Source of the DNA: Verrucomicrobiota bacterium | Lineage (GTDB): Bacteria > Verrucomicrobiota > Verrucomicrobiia > Limisphaerales > CANJXF01 | Assembly: GCA_038214755.1 (NCBI GenBank) | Contig: JBBQRQ010000124.1 | Coordinates: 1-13,183, forward strand | Direction: 5' to 3' | DNA: 13,183 bases | Shown: positions 6,544 to 13,183 of the stretch, in pieces | Layout of the letters: every line of letters starts with the position of its first letter | Position numbering within the stretch: the first letter of the stretch is position 1 | Notes under the pieces: model-generated | The model's input: only the letters and a program-made list of their open reading frames with translations | What the model was told of the DNA's origin: nothing | Databases searched by the model: none | Made by a program: the position numbers and the translations under genes

Positions 6544-7683
6544 ATGAATTTATCGACCGTTCCGTTTGAAATCAGCGATCCCATCAATGCAAAAATTCTC
6601 GCGATTTCCGAGGACAAGATTCAAGGCTTTCAACGCGATCCGCTCGGCGAAATTTCCCGGAAGTCGGGAGTGGAATTGCCCGTCGTCATCGAACGAATCA
6701 AAGCCATGCTCGAAGCGGGAACCATCCGTCGTGTGCGGCAGACGTTGCTCGCCACCAATCTGGCGCAAGGCTCGCTCGTCGCATGGCAGGTGCCGCAGGA
6801 GAAACTCGAGGCCGCGTTTAATTTCATGTTTGAGCAAGACCCGTTTTCCGGCCACGTCGTCACCCGTTCGACGGATGCCGCGACGCCCGGCTCGAATTAC
6901 AAACTTTGGACAACCGTGAAAGTGCCGCAGGGTTATTCGCTGAGGAAGCATTGCGAATTTCTCGCGAAGAAAACGGGCGCGGAACATTTTCGATTGATGC
7001 CGGCGGAAAAACTTTTTGCGCTCGGCGTCGGGCATATGCGTCGTCGCGGGATGGAGCCGGGCAGCAAAGGTGATGAGTTGGCGGAAGTGACCGATGTGCA
7101 AGTGGTGAAGTTAAGCGAATTGGAGTGGCAAATGTTGCCCGCACTCAAACGCGAATTCGCGGCGGAAGAAATCACGGAAAATCTCTGGCAGGCGCGCGCC
7201 GACGAAGCAGGAGTTTCTTTGCACACTTTTTTTGAAGTGGCCGAAGAGTTGGATCGCCGAAAAATCATCGGGCGGTTTTCCACTTTTCTCGAGCACGTCA
7301 AAACGCTCAAGGACGGAGATCGCGTCACGCGTTTCAATGCGCTCTTTCACTGGGCCGTTCCAGCAGGGCGCGAAATTGAAGCCGGTCGCGAAGTGGGTCG
7401 GCATCACATCATGACGCACGCCTATTGGCGCGAAGGCGGGCCGGAATTTCGCAATGTCAATGTGATGGGCGTCGCACATGGGACGGACAAAGATGTCGTG
7501 CTGCAACACAAAGCGGCGATTGATCGGCACTTGGAAAAGGTCGGAATCCCCGTGAGCTACACCAATGTTTTTTGGGGCGGACGCAGCGAGATCAAGCCGT
7601 CGGAAATTTCTCCTGTCGCCTATCGGCAATGGTGCGAAAAGATGGGATTGAATCCTGATGAGCTGCGAGAATCTGAGTCATAG
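6544..7683 (+). CDS. Fused NirDL/AhbA-AhbB-like siroheme decarboxylase family protein (tandem HTH + AsnC-like modules; often annotated as an Lrp/AsnC regulator)
   Basis: 379 aa with two homologous halves. Each has an HTH (P..EI....G......IE.I..M...G.IRR / W...A..AG......F.....L....IIGRF), an L..W.VP motif (GSLVAWQVP / NALFHWAVP) and an HxxxR motif (HVVTR / HAYWR). The second half ends in the EIKPS tail resembling E(F/Y)KK(T/S). Confidence 0.75.
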   Translation: MNLSTVPFEISDPINAKILAISEDKIQGFQRDPLGEISRKSGVELPVVIERIKAMLEAGTIRRVRQTLLATNLAQGSLVAWQVPQEKLEAAFNFMFEQDPFSGHVVTRSTDAATPGSNYKLWTTVKVPQGYSLRKHCEFLAKKTGAEHFRLMPAEKLFALGVGHMRRRGMEPGSKGDELAEVTDVQVVKLSELEWQMLPALKREFAAEEITENLWQARADEAGVSLHTFFEVAEELDRRKIIGRFSTFLEHVKTLKDGDRVTRFNALFHWAVPAGREIEAGREVGRHHIMTHAYWREGGPEFRNVNVMGVAHGTDKDVVLQHKAAIDRHLEKVGIPVSYTNVFWGGRSEIKPSEISPVAYRQWCEKMGLNPDELRESES

Positions 7684-7856
7684 GTATCCCAAACTCGGCG
7701 CGTATGACATAGCCCGCATAAATCATGGAAACCTTTATCTAAAATCCTTGGACTGCCCTGATTGCGATGGGATAGAGCGTGAGGTTGTTTAGTGCCATCT
7801 GAGACCTTCTGCTGTCAGGAGGCGACGGAAGACAACAAAAGGAGAATCGATAAATT

Positions 7857-8423
7857 ATGAAAATTAAAAACTTATTACTGATCGGAGCAGCGGCGGCTTT
7901 GCTGAACGCAGGGACGGCTCGCGCTGAACACGCGGGAAATTGGAGTGATCGCTTCCACTATGACCACAATACGGCGGACCTCTTCTCGGCCCAGGAGTTC
8001 AGTCTCGATCTGTTTGGAACTTATGGGAAATCGAAAGAAAAGTTCAATGACACTTTCGACCGCACAGCGCGGCATGGCATCTTCGGCGCGGGAGTCGGAG
8101 CGAATTATTTTTTAACGCGCTGCTTCGGTTTGGGTGCGGACGTGATCGCCCAAAACAATGGGGCTGACTTTATCGATGCCGCTTCGGCGAGCGCAATCCT
8201 CCGCTGGCCGATTGAGTCTTGCCATTTCGCGCCGTATTTTTTCGGCGGTGGCGGGCGTCAGTTCGACGGCCCTGATTCCTGGAACGTTCACGGCGGTGTT
8301 GGGTTGGAAGTTCGACTAAACGCGCGCACCGGGATTTTCGTGGATGGACGGCACGTGTTTCATCTCCAGGACAAGGCCACGGATTATGCCTTGCTCCGAG
8401 CCGGTGTCAGGTTGGCCTTCTGA
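7857..8423 (+). CDS. Small outer-membrane beta-barrel protein (OmpA/OmpW-like membrane domain)
   Basis: 188 aa. Sec signal peptide ending ARA, alternating hydrophobic beta-strands (GAGVGANYF, PYFFGGGG, HGGVGLEVR, IFVDGRHVF), C-terminal AGVRLAF with terminal Phe. AAGGAG at 7839-7844. Confidence 0.85.
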   Translation: MKIKNLLLIGAAAALLNAGTARAEHAGNWSDRFHYDHNTADLFSAQEFSLDLFGTYGKSKEKFNDTFDRTARHGIFGAGVGANYFLTRCFGLGADVIAQNNGADFIDAASASAILRWPIESCHFAPYFFGGGGRQFDGPDSWNVHGGVGLEVRLNARTGIFVDGRHVFHLQDKATDYALLRAGVRLAF

Positions 8424-8447
8424 TTTTGAATTAGAGTTGCCTGATGG

Positions 8448-8481
8448 ACCGCCGAAGGAATTTTCCTTCAGCGGTTTTTTT
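8448..8481 (+). terminator. Rho-independent terminator after the outer-membrane protein gene
   Basis: accgccgaaggaa/ttccttcagcggt stem with one mismatch, followed by a T7 run, starting 24 nt after the stop codon. Confidence 0.8.
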
Positions 8482-8582
8482 GCTCTCGGTTTTTTTTGGT
8501 TCTCGTCAGCCAGTTTTTTCCGAGTCGCAAATCAGGCCGCAGTCAGGGAGGACAAACGAATTTTCTTGAGCGAGTTTTGAAT

Positions 8583-8801
8583 ATGACAATCACTTACGAA
8601 CAAATTGCCAAACGCGCGTTTGAGATTTGGACGAAGGAAGGCGGAGTCGAAGGCCAGGAGAAGGAGCATTGGGGCAGAGCGGAAGCGGAGCTGCGCAAAG
8701 AATCTTTGCGCGCTCAGAAAGGGAAAAAAATCTCGTCTAAAGATTCGGCGATGCTCAAGACGCCGATGCCAAAAGGCAAAGATACTCCGGCAAGTCGCTG
8801 A
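8583..8801 (+). CDS. DUF2934 domain-containing small protein
   Basis: 72 aa from the ATG at 8583. The longer ORF start at 8496 lies in the T-rich sequence after the terminator. IAKRAFEIW..EG..EG.E.EHW..AEAEL matches the DUF2934 pattern, followed by a Lys-rich tail. Confidence 0.85.
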   Translation: MTITYEQIAKRAFEIWTKEGGVEGQEKEHWGRAEAELRKESLRAQKGKKISSKDSAMLKTPMPKGKDTPASR

Positions 8802-8830
8802 GGTATGTTTCGCCTTTTTGCAGCCAGGGA

Positions 8831-8858
8831 TTGAACCGCTCGTAAACGCGTTTATGAT
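8831..8858 (+). promoter_or_regulatory. Putative sigma70 promoter (leaderless) of the methyltransferase gene
   Basis: TTGAAC (8831-8836), 16 nt spacer, TATGAT (8853-8858), 6 nt, ATG (8865). No Shine-Dalgarno sequence. Confidence 0.6.
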
Positions 8859-8864
8859 TCGGCC

Positions 8865-9551
8865 ATGTCCGAAGACCGCGCCGCGCTGCTCTACACCGGA
8901 AAGACGGGGCGCCAATATCACGAGGTAAAACGCTCGATACCGGATGCCGCCATTCCCTGGGTGGCAAATCTGCGCGCGAAAAAAATTTCTCCAGAGATCG
9001 ACGCAAAGGATGTTGTTTTCGAATTTGGCGTCGGCTCTGGTTGGAACCTGGCCAGGCTGCATTGCGCCAAACGCGTCGGTTACGACATTTCCATTTTCCT
9101 GAAGCCGCTGGTTGAGAAACAGGGGATTGAGTTTGTTTCGAATCTCGCGAGCGTTCCAAAAAGTTCAGTCAATGTTGTCCTCTGCCATCACACGCTGGAG
9201 CATTTGCTGGATCCCGCCGCCGTGTTGGAAAAAATGGCCGCCCTTCTCGTGACGAACGGCAAATTACTTCTCTATGTGCCGTTTGAAAAAGAGCGGCGTT
9301 ACCGTCGCTACGCTGCGGACGAGCCGAACCATCATCTGTATTCGTGGAACGTTCAAACTCTGGGAAATCTGGTGGAGCAGGTCGGATTCAAAGTCTTCAC
9401 CGGAAAAATTGGCCGCTTTGGCTACGACCGTTTTGCGGCGAACTGGGCCGCGCGACTGAGTTTGGGGGAGGCCGGGTTTCGGTTCATTCGCGCCGCGAGC
9501 CATCTGGTGAAACCGGCCTTCGAAGTTCGCATCGTGGCGGTGAAGAAATGA
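8865..9551 (+). CDS. Class I SAM-dependent methyltransferase
   Basis: 228 aa. Motif I VFEFGVGSG, motif II VGYDIS, VVLCHHTLEHLLDP, LL..NGKLLLYVP, and a downstream HLYSW. Confidence 0.9.
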   Translation: MSEDRAALLYTGKTGRQYHEVKRSIPDAAIPWVANLRAKKISPEIDAKDVVFEFGVGSGWNLARLHCAKRVGYDISIFLKPLVEKQGIEFVSNLASVPKSSVNVVLCHHTLEHLLDPAAVLEKMAALLVTNGKLLLYVPFEKERRYRRYAADEPNHHLYSWNVQTLGNLVEQVGFKVFTGKIGRFGYDRFAANWAARLSLGEAGFRFIRAASHLVKPAFEVRIVAVKK

Positions 9552-9593
9552 TTTTTCCACTCAGTCCACTTTGCCAGTTACAGCACGACGAAA

Positions 9594-10097
9594 TTAGTTA
9601 CCTTCAAATTGCAGGCGCGAATCGCTTTCCAAAAGCGCTTTGAGATTGGGCCACGAAACCTCGTTCATCGAATAAAACGCGTTGAGATAAACGGCGACTT
9701 CTTCCCTCGGATATTTGTTCAACAACGTATCAATTGCGGCCGTCAATTTTGCGTCGTCGATCGTGGCGGGCAAATCCTCCACCGCTCCCTCTTTGTGCGG
9801 GACGCCGAGCGCGTCCATGAAATCGATCAACATCGGGGAATGTTTTTTCAGCAGCCAGATCTTGATCAAATTGCTGGCGACGGCTTCCAACCGGGGTTTG
9901 GCGAGCATTGCCGCCATTTCCCGGTGGCGTTCGACGCGAGGCTTGCGCTCGAAAAATGCCGGACGCAATTTTCGGGCTTCCGCGACGGCGGCGAGGGCGA
10001 TGCGATAATTCTCTCGGTCCGATTCGTAAGTGGATTCCAAAATTTGCTCGGACAAAGCCGGCGACATAAAGCCAAAAAGTTCGTGAGCGGTGAGCAT
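9594..10097 (-). CDS. Hypothetical protein (predicted alpha-helical)
   Basis: 167 aa ATG-initiated ORF with protein-like composition, filling the gap between lpxI and the convergent methyltransferase. No motif recognised. Confidence 0.8.
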   Translation of the reverse strand: MLTAHELFGFMSPALSEQILESTYESDRENYRIALAAVAEARKLRPAFFERKPRVERHREMAAMLAKPRLEAVASNLIKIWLLKKHSPMLIDFMDALGVPHKEGAVEDLPATIDDAKLTAAIDTLLNKYPREEVAVYLNAFYSMNEVSWPNLKALLESDSRLQFEGN

Positions 10098-10104
10098 TTT
10101 AAAT

Positions 10105-10139
10105 GAAGTCGAGAGTGGATAGTTGAAAATTCAGGGTGG
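10105..10139 (-). repeat. Degenerate tandem heptamer array (CAACTAT/CCACTCT type)
   Basis: Minus strand reads ccaccct gaatttt caactat ccactct cgacttc, ending 7 nt before the ATG at 10097. Confidence 0.5.
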
Positions 10140-10155
10140 GTGGCCCCAATTGGAA

Positions 10156-10251
10156 GGAGCGCGGACAGCCTTGTCCGCGCGTAATCGACGTGTCGACAAC
10201 GCTTGGGGTTTTAACGGTTTCCAAAAGCGCGGACAAGGCTGTCCGCGCTCC
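10156..10251. repeat. GGAG-type REP-like inverted doublet, family D
   Basis: GGAGcgcggacagccttgtccgcgc (10156-10180) and its perfect 25-bp reverse complement (10227-10251), with a 46-nt spacer. Each unit is a 9-bp hairpin gcgcggaca/tgtccgcgc. Confidence 0.9.
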
Positions 10252-10289
10252 ACTTGTTTTGGGGAACCCGTCCTCGAGAGTAAAAAATT

Positions 10290-11114
10290 TCATGGGTCTA
10301 TTGTCGTGAGACTGATTTTATTTTTGCGAGCCAGTTGTTCTACTAAATCTTTTTCCAACAACAAGGTTTTTCCCGACTCAAATGCCAGGACCGATATTTT
10401 GGCGTCGCAGCAAACTTCCATCGTTCTCGCGCCAATGGACGGAATATCAAATCGCAAATCATGTTTTTCTTTGGCGACCTTCACTGCGACAGCGCCGCCC
10501 TTTTTCCCCGCCAATTCCCCGCCGCGTTTCAAGCAATCATCCGTTCCTTCAAAACCTTCCACCGCCAAAACCGTTCCATCTTTGACCACCACCGTCTGCC
10601 CGATTTCCAGCCGCGAAGTCTCTCGCGCGATCTTCCATCCAAACTCAACCTCCTCTTTTTGTTCGTCGGTTAGTTTTGGGCCGATCAAAAAATTTCTGCC
10701 AGGCATCAGTGGTTTCAACCACGGCGTTGCCTCGATCAATTCGATGCCTTCCTTTTTCAATTCATCCGCAATCGCACCAAAAATAGTATGGGCGTTTTTC
10801 TCCTTCAATTTAAAAAGCATCGACACCGCGCGGAAGTCGGGTCGCAAATCAAAAAGATTTTTCGGCGCGATTTGCCCCGCCATGACGCAGCGCGAAATGC
10901 GGCGGCTGGAAAAAGCGGAAATCATTTTGGAAAGCTGGCCAACTTTGAGCCAGATGATTTCATCGACCCATTTCGCGAGGCGGGGATCGGTTTCATTTTC
11001 AAAGGCGACAGCGACGAGGCGTTTGACTCCAGCCTGGCGCGCTTGGCTGGCCAACTCGATTGGCAACGACCGATTTCCCGCGATGATTCCCAAACTCTCC
11101 TGAGATTCGACCAT
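10290..11114 (-). CDS. lpxI: UDP-2,3-diacylglucosamine diphosphatase LpxI (DUF1009 family)
   Basis: 274 aa from the ATG at 11114. LGIIAGNRSLP, VMAGQI, IGQTVVV..G.VLAVEGFEGTD, KVAK..HDLRFDIPSIG..T and LAFESGKTLLL motifs. The 47-aa extension in the ORF track (to 11255) is translated repeat sequence. Confidence 0.93.
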   Translation of the reverse strand: MVESQESLGIIAGNRSLPIELASQARQAGVKRLVAVAFENETDPRLAKWVDEIIWLKVGQLSKMISAFSSRRISRCVMAGQIAPKNLFDLRPDFRAVSMLFKLKEKNAHTIFGAIADELKKEGIELIEATPWLKPLMPGRNFLIGPKLTDEQKEEVEFGWKIARETSRLEIGQTVVVKDGTVLAVEGFEGTDDCLKRGGELAGKKGGAVAVKVAKEKHDLRFDIPSIGARTMEVCCDAKISVLAFESGKTLLLEKDLVEQLARKNKISLTTIDP

Positions 11115-11177
11115 TGGCTGGTTGATAGTGGATTGTCCCGGATTTGCCAATCTCCATCGGCGCCAGCGTGCGCGAAG

Positions 11178-11307
11178 GGAGCGCGGCTGTGTCGTCCTCG
11201 ACCAGCCGCCGCGCGTCCCAAAGCCCAAACCATTCGGATTCTTTCCAACATCCATTCACGGCGAAGCTGCCGCGACTGTTTTTCGACCCAGTCACCGCCC
11301 GCCCTCC
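11178..11307. repeat. GGAG-type REP-like doublet, family E (second arm degenerate)
   Basis: GGAGcgcggctgtgtcgtcctcgaccagccgc (from 11178) forms the hairpin gcggctg(t)gtcg-tcct-cgaccagccgc. The weaker inverted arm gctgccgcgactgtttttcgacccagtcaccgcccgccCTCC spans about 11266-11307. Confidence 0.6.
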
Positions 11308-11341
11308 GGCGTAGAACTATTTTTTCGCGCCAGCGCACGAG

Positions 11342-11357
11342 TGGCCAATCTTTTGCT
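11342..11357 (+). promoter_or_regulatory. Putative sigma54 (-24/-12) promoter
   Basis: TGGCCAATCTTTTGCT: GG (11343-11344), N10, GC (11355-11356) in TGGC and TTGCT context, ending 27 nt upstream of the ATG at 11385. Confidence 0.6.
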
Positions 11358-11384
11358 TACCGCTCCTGAATTTGAAAATTATTT

Positions 11385-11786
11385 ATGCCATCGCCCGCTC
11401 CCTCCTTGCCAATGACGAATAAAACTATTTTTGTCGTGGAGGATGAGGTCGATCTCCTGGATCTCATTCGAGAAATTTTGGTCATGGAGAGCTACACGGT
11501 TTTAACGGCCAGTTCAGCGAGTGAAGCTGGTGAAGTCTGGAGAAAAAATTCTGAGACAATCGATCTGCTCCTGACTGACCTCACTCTGCCGGGGGGGATA
11601 ACGGGTGCGGAGTTGGCGCAAAAACTTCGAGGTCAAAAACCGCTCTTGAAAGTGGTTTACGCCAGCGGTCATTGCTCCGACTTGCTTACCCAACAATTGG
11701 TCTTGCCGACAGGCGCGAATTTCTTGCAGAAGCCGTTTCATCCGGCGGTTCTTGCGCAGACCATAGAGAAGGCGTTGAACTCCTAG
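11385..11786 (+). CDS. Single-domain response regulator (receiver domain only)
   Basis: 133 aa (alternative start 11412). Acidic pocket VVEDE, phospho-acceptor LLLTD, switch YASG and conserved KPF. No output domain. Confidence 0.92.
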   Translation: MPSPAPSLPMTNKTIFVVEDEVDLLDLIREILVMESYTVLTASSASEAGEVWRKNSETIDLLLTDLTLPGGITGAELAQKLRGQKPLLKVVYASGHCSDLLTQQLVLPTGANFLQKPFHPAVLAQTIEKALNS

Positions 11787-11887
11787 CCGCTTCTTTAACA
11801 TTTTACCTGGATCAATCTGAGCGAAATTGGGACACGCCTGTCTCGGTTCTTCGCTGGGCGATGTTCAACGTTCCATTTCTCCGAACG

Positions 11888-12817
11888 TTACTTATCTTCC
11901 GACGTAAATCCCGCCACGACCGGCCGATGGTCCGAACCGATTCCCCAGTTTGGAATCGTAACGATGTAAGTCTCGCTTGCCAGCCATTCTCTCTTCATGC
12001 CTGAGCTGATGAGGATGTAGTCGATTCTCGAATAGGTATCTTCCTTCCCGTAGTAATGGGTCCACGTAATATTTCGCGGTTCAGAACGCGCGATGGGACT
12101 TGGCTGGTTGTCGCCGTTTCTCTCCGCAGGGCGTGTGTCGAACAACGCGGTTTTTCCCCGGCCGATCACCACTCTGGTCGAACGCGAGTCTTTCACGTCA
12201 TTGAAATCGCCGAGCACAAGGAGGTTGCCCGTTGGTTGAGCGACCACTCGCGCGTTGATCGACTCGCGAAGTTTGAGCGCTTCCTGTTCGCGCAACTCCG
12301 CTTCATCCGCTTCGGGAACCGGGCGACGCGACTTCAAATGCGCTGTGATCAAAGTGAAAGAATATTTTGCGTTCACTTGAATATCGACTTCCGCAAACCC
12401 GCGGCTGACTTGGAATCGCCGGCCATTCAACAAAAAATTTTCGTTGGTGTGCGATCGGCGCGCGGTGATGGGAAATTTGCTCAGGATCGCAACGTGAATG
12501 TTGGTGTCGCGCCCGGTGATATGTTCCCAATGCGGATAATCGAGCCCGGCGGATTTCAACAAGGAACGCAGATCCAGAAGGGCGTTGGTATTGCCCATCT
12601 CCTGAAAGGCGATCACATCGGGTTTGGCGATCAAAATACTTTCCACAATCCTGGCTTTGCCTTCGGATGATTTGGCGGGGCGAGTTCCAGCGGGTGAGTC
12701 GAGAAAGTTTTCTACATTGTAGGTTGCGACGTGAAAAATTTCGGCTGCCCCAAAAAGTGGGAGATAACAAAGGAAAGCGACCGCGCCGACCACGCGAATT
12801 TTTTGGATTCGATTCAC
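11888..12817 (-). CDS. Secreted endonuclease/exonuclease/phosphatase (EEP) family protein
   Basis: Motifs ATYNVEN, PDVIAFQE, HLKS, LGDFND, RIDYI and SDHRPV. The start was placed at GTG 12817 (309 aa) because it gives a normal signal peptide (MNRIQKIRVVGAVAFLCYLPLFGAA) and follows a promoter-like element. Start position is uncertain. Confidence 0.88.
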   Translation of the reverse strand: MNRIQKIRVVGAVAFLCYLPLFGAAEIFHVATYNVENFLDSPAGTRPAKSSEGKARIVESILIAKPDVIAFQEMGNTNALLDLRSLLKSAGLDYPHWEHITGRDTNIHVAILSKFPITARRSHTNENFLLNGRRFQVSRGFAEVDIQVNAKYSFTLITAHLKSRRPVPEADEAELREQEALKLRESINARVVAQPTGNLLVLGDFNDVKDSRSTRVVIGRGKTALFDTRPAERNGDNQPSPIARSEPRNITWTHYYGKEDTYSRIDYILISSGMKREWLASETYIVTIPNWGIGSDHRPVVAGFTSEDK

Positions 12818-12823
12818 CAGCCG

Positions 12824-12852
12824 TTCATAGTCATCCCGCCAAGTGAAGTCAA
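12824..12852 (-). promoter_or_regulatory. Putative sigma70 promoter (leaderless) of the EEP gene
   Basis: TTGACT (12852-12847), 17 nt spacer, TATGAA (12829-12824), 6 nt, GTG (12817). The -10 box lacks the final T. Confidence 0.4.
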
Positions 12853-13183
12853 AGAGGAATGGGCTTGGGCGCAAGAAGCCGCGCAAATTTCTTTGCAAAA
12901 TTATTTTCGGCTTTTGCCTGGGACGATCTTCCAAAAAGGGTTGTCGGCGCGCGGCAAATTTTCCGCGGGAAATTTATTAAGATTGTTATGGCAATTTTTT
13001 TTTCCTTTGCTAGATTCGCGCACTCTCAAATTTTGGGACGGAGAGATATTTAAAGGTAGAAGAATTTTTAAGCGACAAGTAACGAGCTGTGACAACAAAA
13101 AAATCAACGAAAGTCCAGGCAAAGCAAAAAAAAGCCACGCCTAAAGTCCGCCGAAGCAAACCGCCCACTGCCGCCACCTCCGC

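Noticed and set aside
11115..11255. 47-aa N-terminal extension of LpxI
   Set aside because: It is encoded by REP family E and heptamer DNA. LpxI homology begins right after the ATG at 11114, which has its own promoter-like element.
12818..12934. 39-aa N-terminal extension of the EEP protein
   Set aside because: It would bury the signal peptide and it spans the candidate promoter. GTG 12817 is preferred.
12956..12975. Near-palindrome aaattttccgcgggaaattt as an operator
   Set aside because: Single imperfect copy in AT-rich sequence, with no cognate regulator and no second site.
12935..13183. Short ORFs and a possible gene end at the right edge
   Set aside because: AT-rich with no motif, and too little sequence to assign a frame or product.

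Overview
Bacterial chromosomal window, most likely Verrucomicrobiota (inferred from a PVC-type heme-binding CxxCH protein, a prepilin/H-X9-DG-like protein, LpxI, a Tat-exported Gfo/Idh/MocA enzyme and the style of the repeats). Eleven protein genes are supported: Gfo/Idh/MocA oxidoreductase (-), prepilin-type protein (-), 1116-aa propeller/HEAT/cytochrome c protein (-), fused NirDL/AhbAB-like siroheme decarboxylase (+), small outer-membrane beta-barrel (+), DUF2934 protein (+), SAM methyltransferase (+), hypothetical protein (-), lpxI (-), stand-alone receiver-domain protein (+) and a secreted EEP-family nuclease/phosphatase (-). No rRNA, tRNA, CRISPR array or transposase was seen. Four observations are absent from the ORF track. 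(1) At least five different REP-like palindromic doublets plus heptamer arrays are present; one REP doublet and one inverted heptamer element lie in frame inside the 1116-aa gene and would be translated. (2) A decayed paralogous fragment of that gene lies at 1871-2160, with the heme-binding segment removed by an in-frame 80-codon deletion and the 3' end cut off at a REP. (3) Five genes have promoter-like -10 boxes 6-8 nt before the start codon, suggesting leaderless mRNAs. (4) A sigma54-type site precedes the orphan receiver gene. All family calls come from motif recognition, not database searches.
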